Program-made: the position numbers and the translations under genes
Notes under the pieces: generated by a model
What the model saw: only the letters and a program-made list of their open reading frames with translations
The model's database searches: none
Told to the model about the DNA's origin: nothing
In this document: positions 62,951 to 64,000 of the stretch, piece by piece
How positions within the stretch are numbered: position 1 is the stretch's first letter
Layout of the letters: the number at the start of each line of letters is the position of its first letter
Assembly (NCBI RefSeq): GCF_009834535.1
Contig: NC_045697.1
Coordinates: forward strand, 54,438,001-54,502,000
Reading direction: 5' to 3'
From: Camelus ferus
Taxonomy: Eukaryota
Length of the DNA stretch: 64,000 bases

Positions 62951-64000
62951 GTAAGGGAAAATCTTTATTGAAAATGTTTTGAACTGGAGAGATTTTTATT
63001 TTCGCTAACCTCTATACTCAAAAAGTTGTGGGATTAAATAATAATAACAATAATACTATTACTTATTTCATATTCCTATGAAAGTCACTCTTCATCTTTA
63101 ACCGTGACTAAATTCATCATTTTCTCTACCATTTGCCCTACCCTCAAAGCCTGAAATGTAAGTTTGCTTTGTTGTTGTTCTGATTGTTTTAGTCTTTGAA
63201 ATTCTACTGTGTGATTCCTTCTTAACTTTTGGCTAGCATAATGAAGAAAAATGGAGTCTTTGTAGACATTAACCCTGGGTCCCAGTCACTTTAGGATAAA
63301 AAACCATAGACATTTCTTCTTGGCTTCTTAGTCTCCAAAATTGCACTCAGGAAATATAAACTGACCTATGTACATCGTTGCTAAATAGTCTTAAATATAG
63401 GGAAACTGAACTTTTAATTCCTTAAAAACATTATTTTAGCTCTATATTATTTCATGTTTTTAGACCTGCTCATCATCTTTTAACTACATAAATCAGCAGT
63501 TTCCAAACTTTGGGGATTTTATGCAAAGACCAGTAAAATTCAGGGGACAAAAAAATAGATTAGCCAACTGTTTATTTTGCAAATAAAAGATTGTTATCCT
63601 AATTTAATAATTATAATTCTAGAAAAAACTTGCTGTCATATCTTACTTTTTCATTTCATCACATATCAAACTACACCTATCCGCAGAATGATACGGGGAA
63701 CCACTAATCTAGAAATGTGTCAAAAAGATACTCATTTTTATTTGATCAGCTGACCCTGTTCTTAGTTATCAGAGTGTTTCAGAGTAGTATTTATGGAATC
63801 AAGTTTTGAACAGTACCCAATGTTGACTTTTTTTTATTGTAAACCGCTTAATAGCAGTTATACATGGCTTTCTTATTTTTCCATTTTTTAGAAAGTTTTT
63901 TTAATATAGAAACTTCTCTAATTTAGTGGTGTTAAAGCCATCATTTTCATGTCCTTCAAAAACTTCAGTTCCTTGAATTTTTTTGTTGTTCAGTCATTTA

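Noticed and set aside
5325..63413. Exact 17-mer atagggaaactgaactt at 5325-5341 and 63397-63413, with an ISRE-like core
   Set aside because: A rough estimate gives about one such match by chance in 64 kb of AT-rich DNA, and the ISRE match is imperfect.

Overview
This is mammalian genomic DNA, probably from a camelid given two vic-1-type tRNA-derived SINEs and the absence of Alu, PRE-1, Bov-A or BovB. The window holds the CpG-island promoter and the first 28 coding exons of UBA6, the ubiquitin/FAT10-activating E1 enzyme, on the + strand. The exons splice into one uninterrupted 2518-nt reading frame (839 codons + 1 nt) from ATG 1226, and the gene continues past the window end. The frame includes the GxGxxG ATP-binding motif (exon 17) and the catalytic Cys in PFCTLKSFP (exon 21, codon 625). 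Introns are filled with L1, L2, MIR, CR1, LTR and DNA-transposon fossils. I see no convincing novel multi-gene system. The best leads are: (1) a young 5'-inverted (twin-primed) L1 in intron 2 whose breakpoint is only ~150 nt from its 3' end; (2) a consensus donor in intron 1 that would splice a 125-codon ORF in frame onto exon 2; (3) several atypical splice sites (exon 6 TG/T tract plus a competing donor, exon 23 GC donor, exon 28 acceptor with no pyrimidine tract); and (4) a DPP>DPS change seven residues before the catalytic Cys. Comparisons with human UBA6/UBA1 and repeat family names are from memory and need an alignment or RepeatMasker check.
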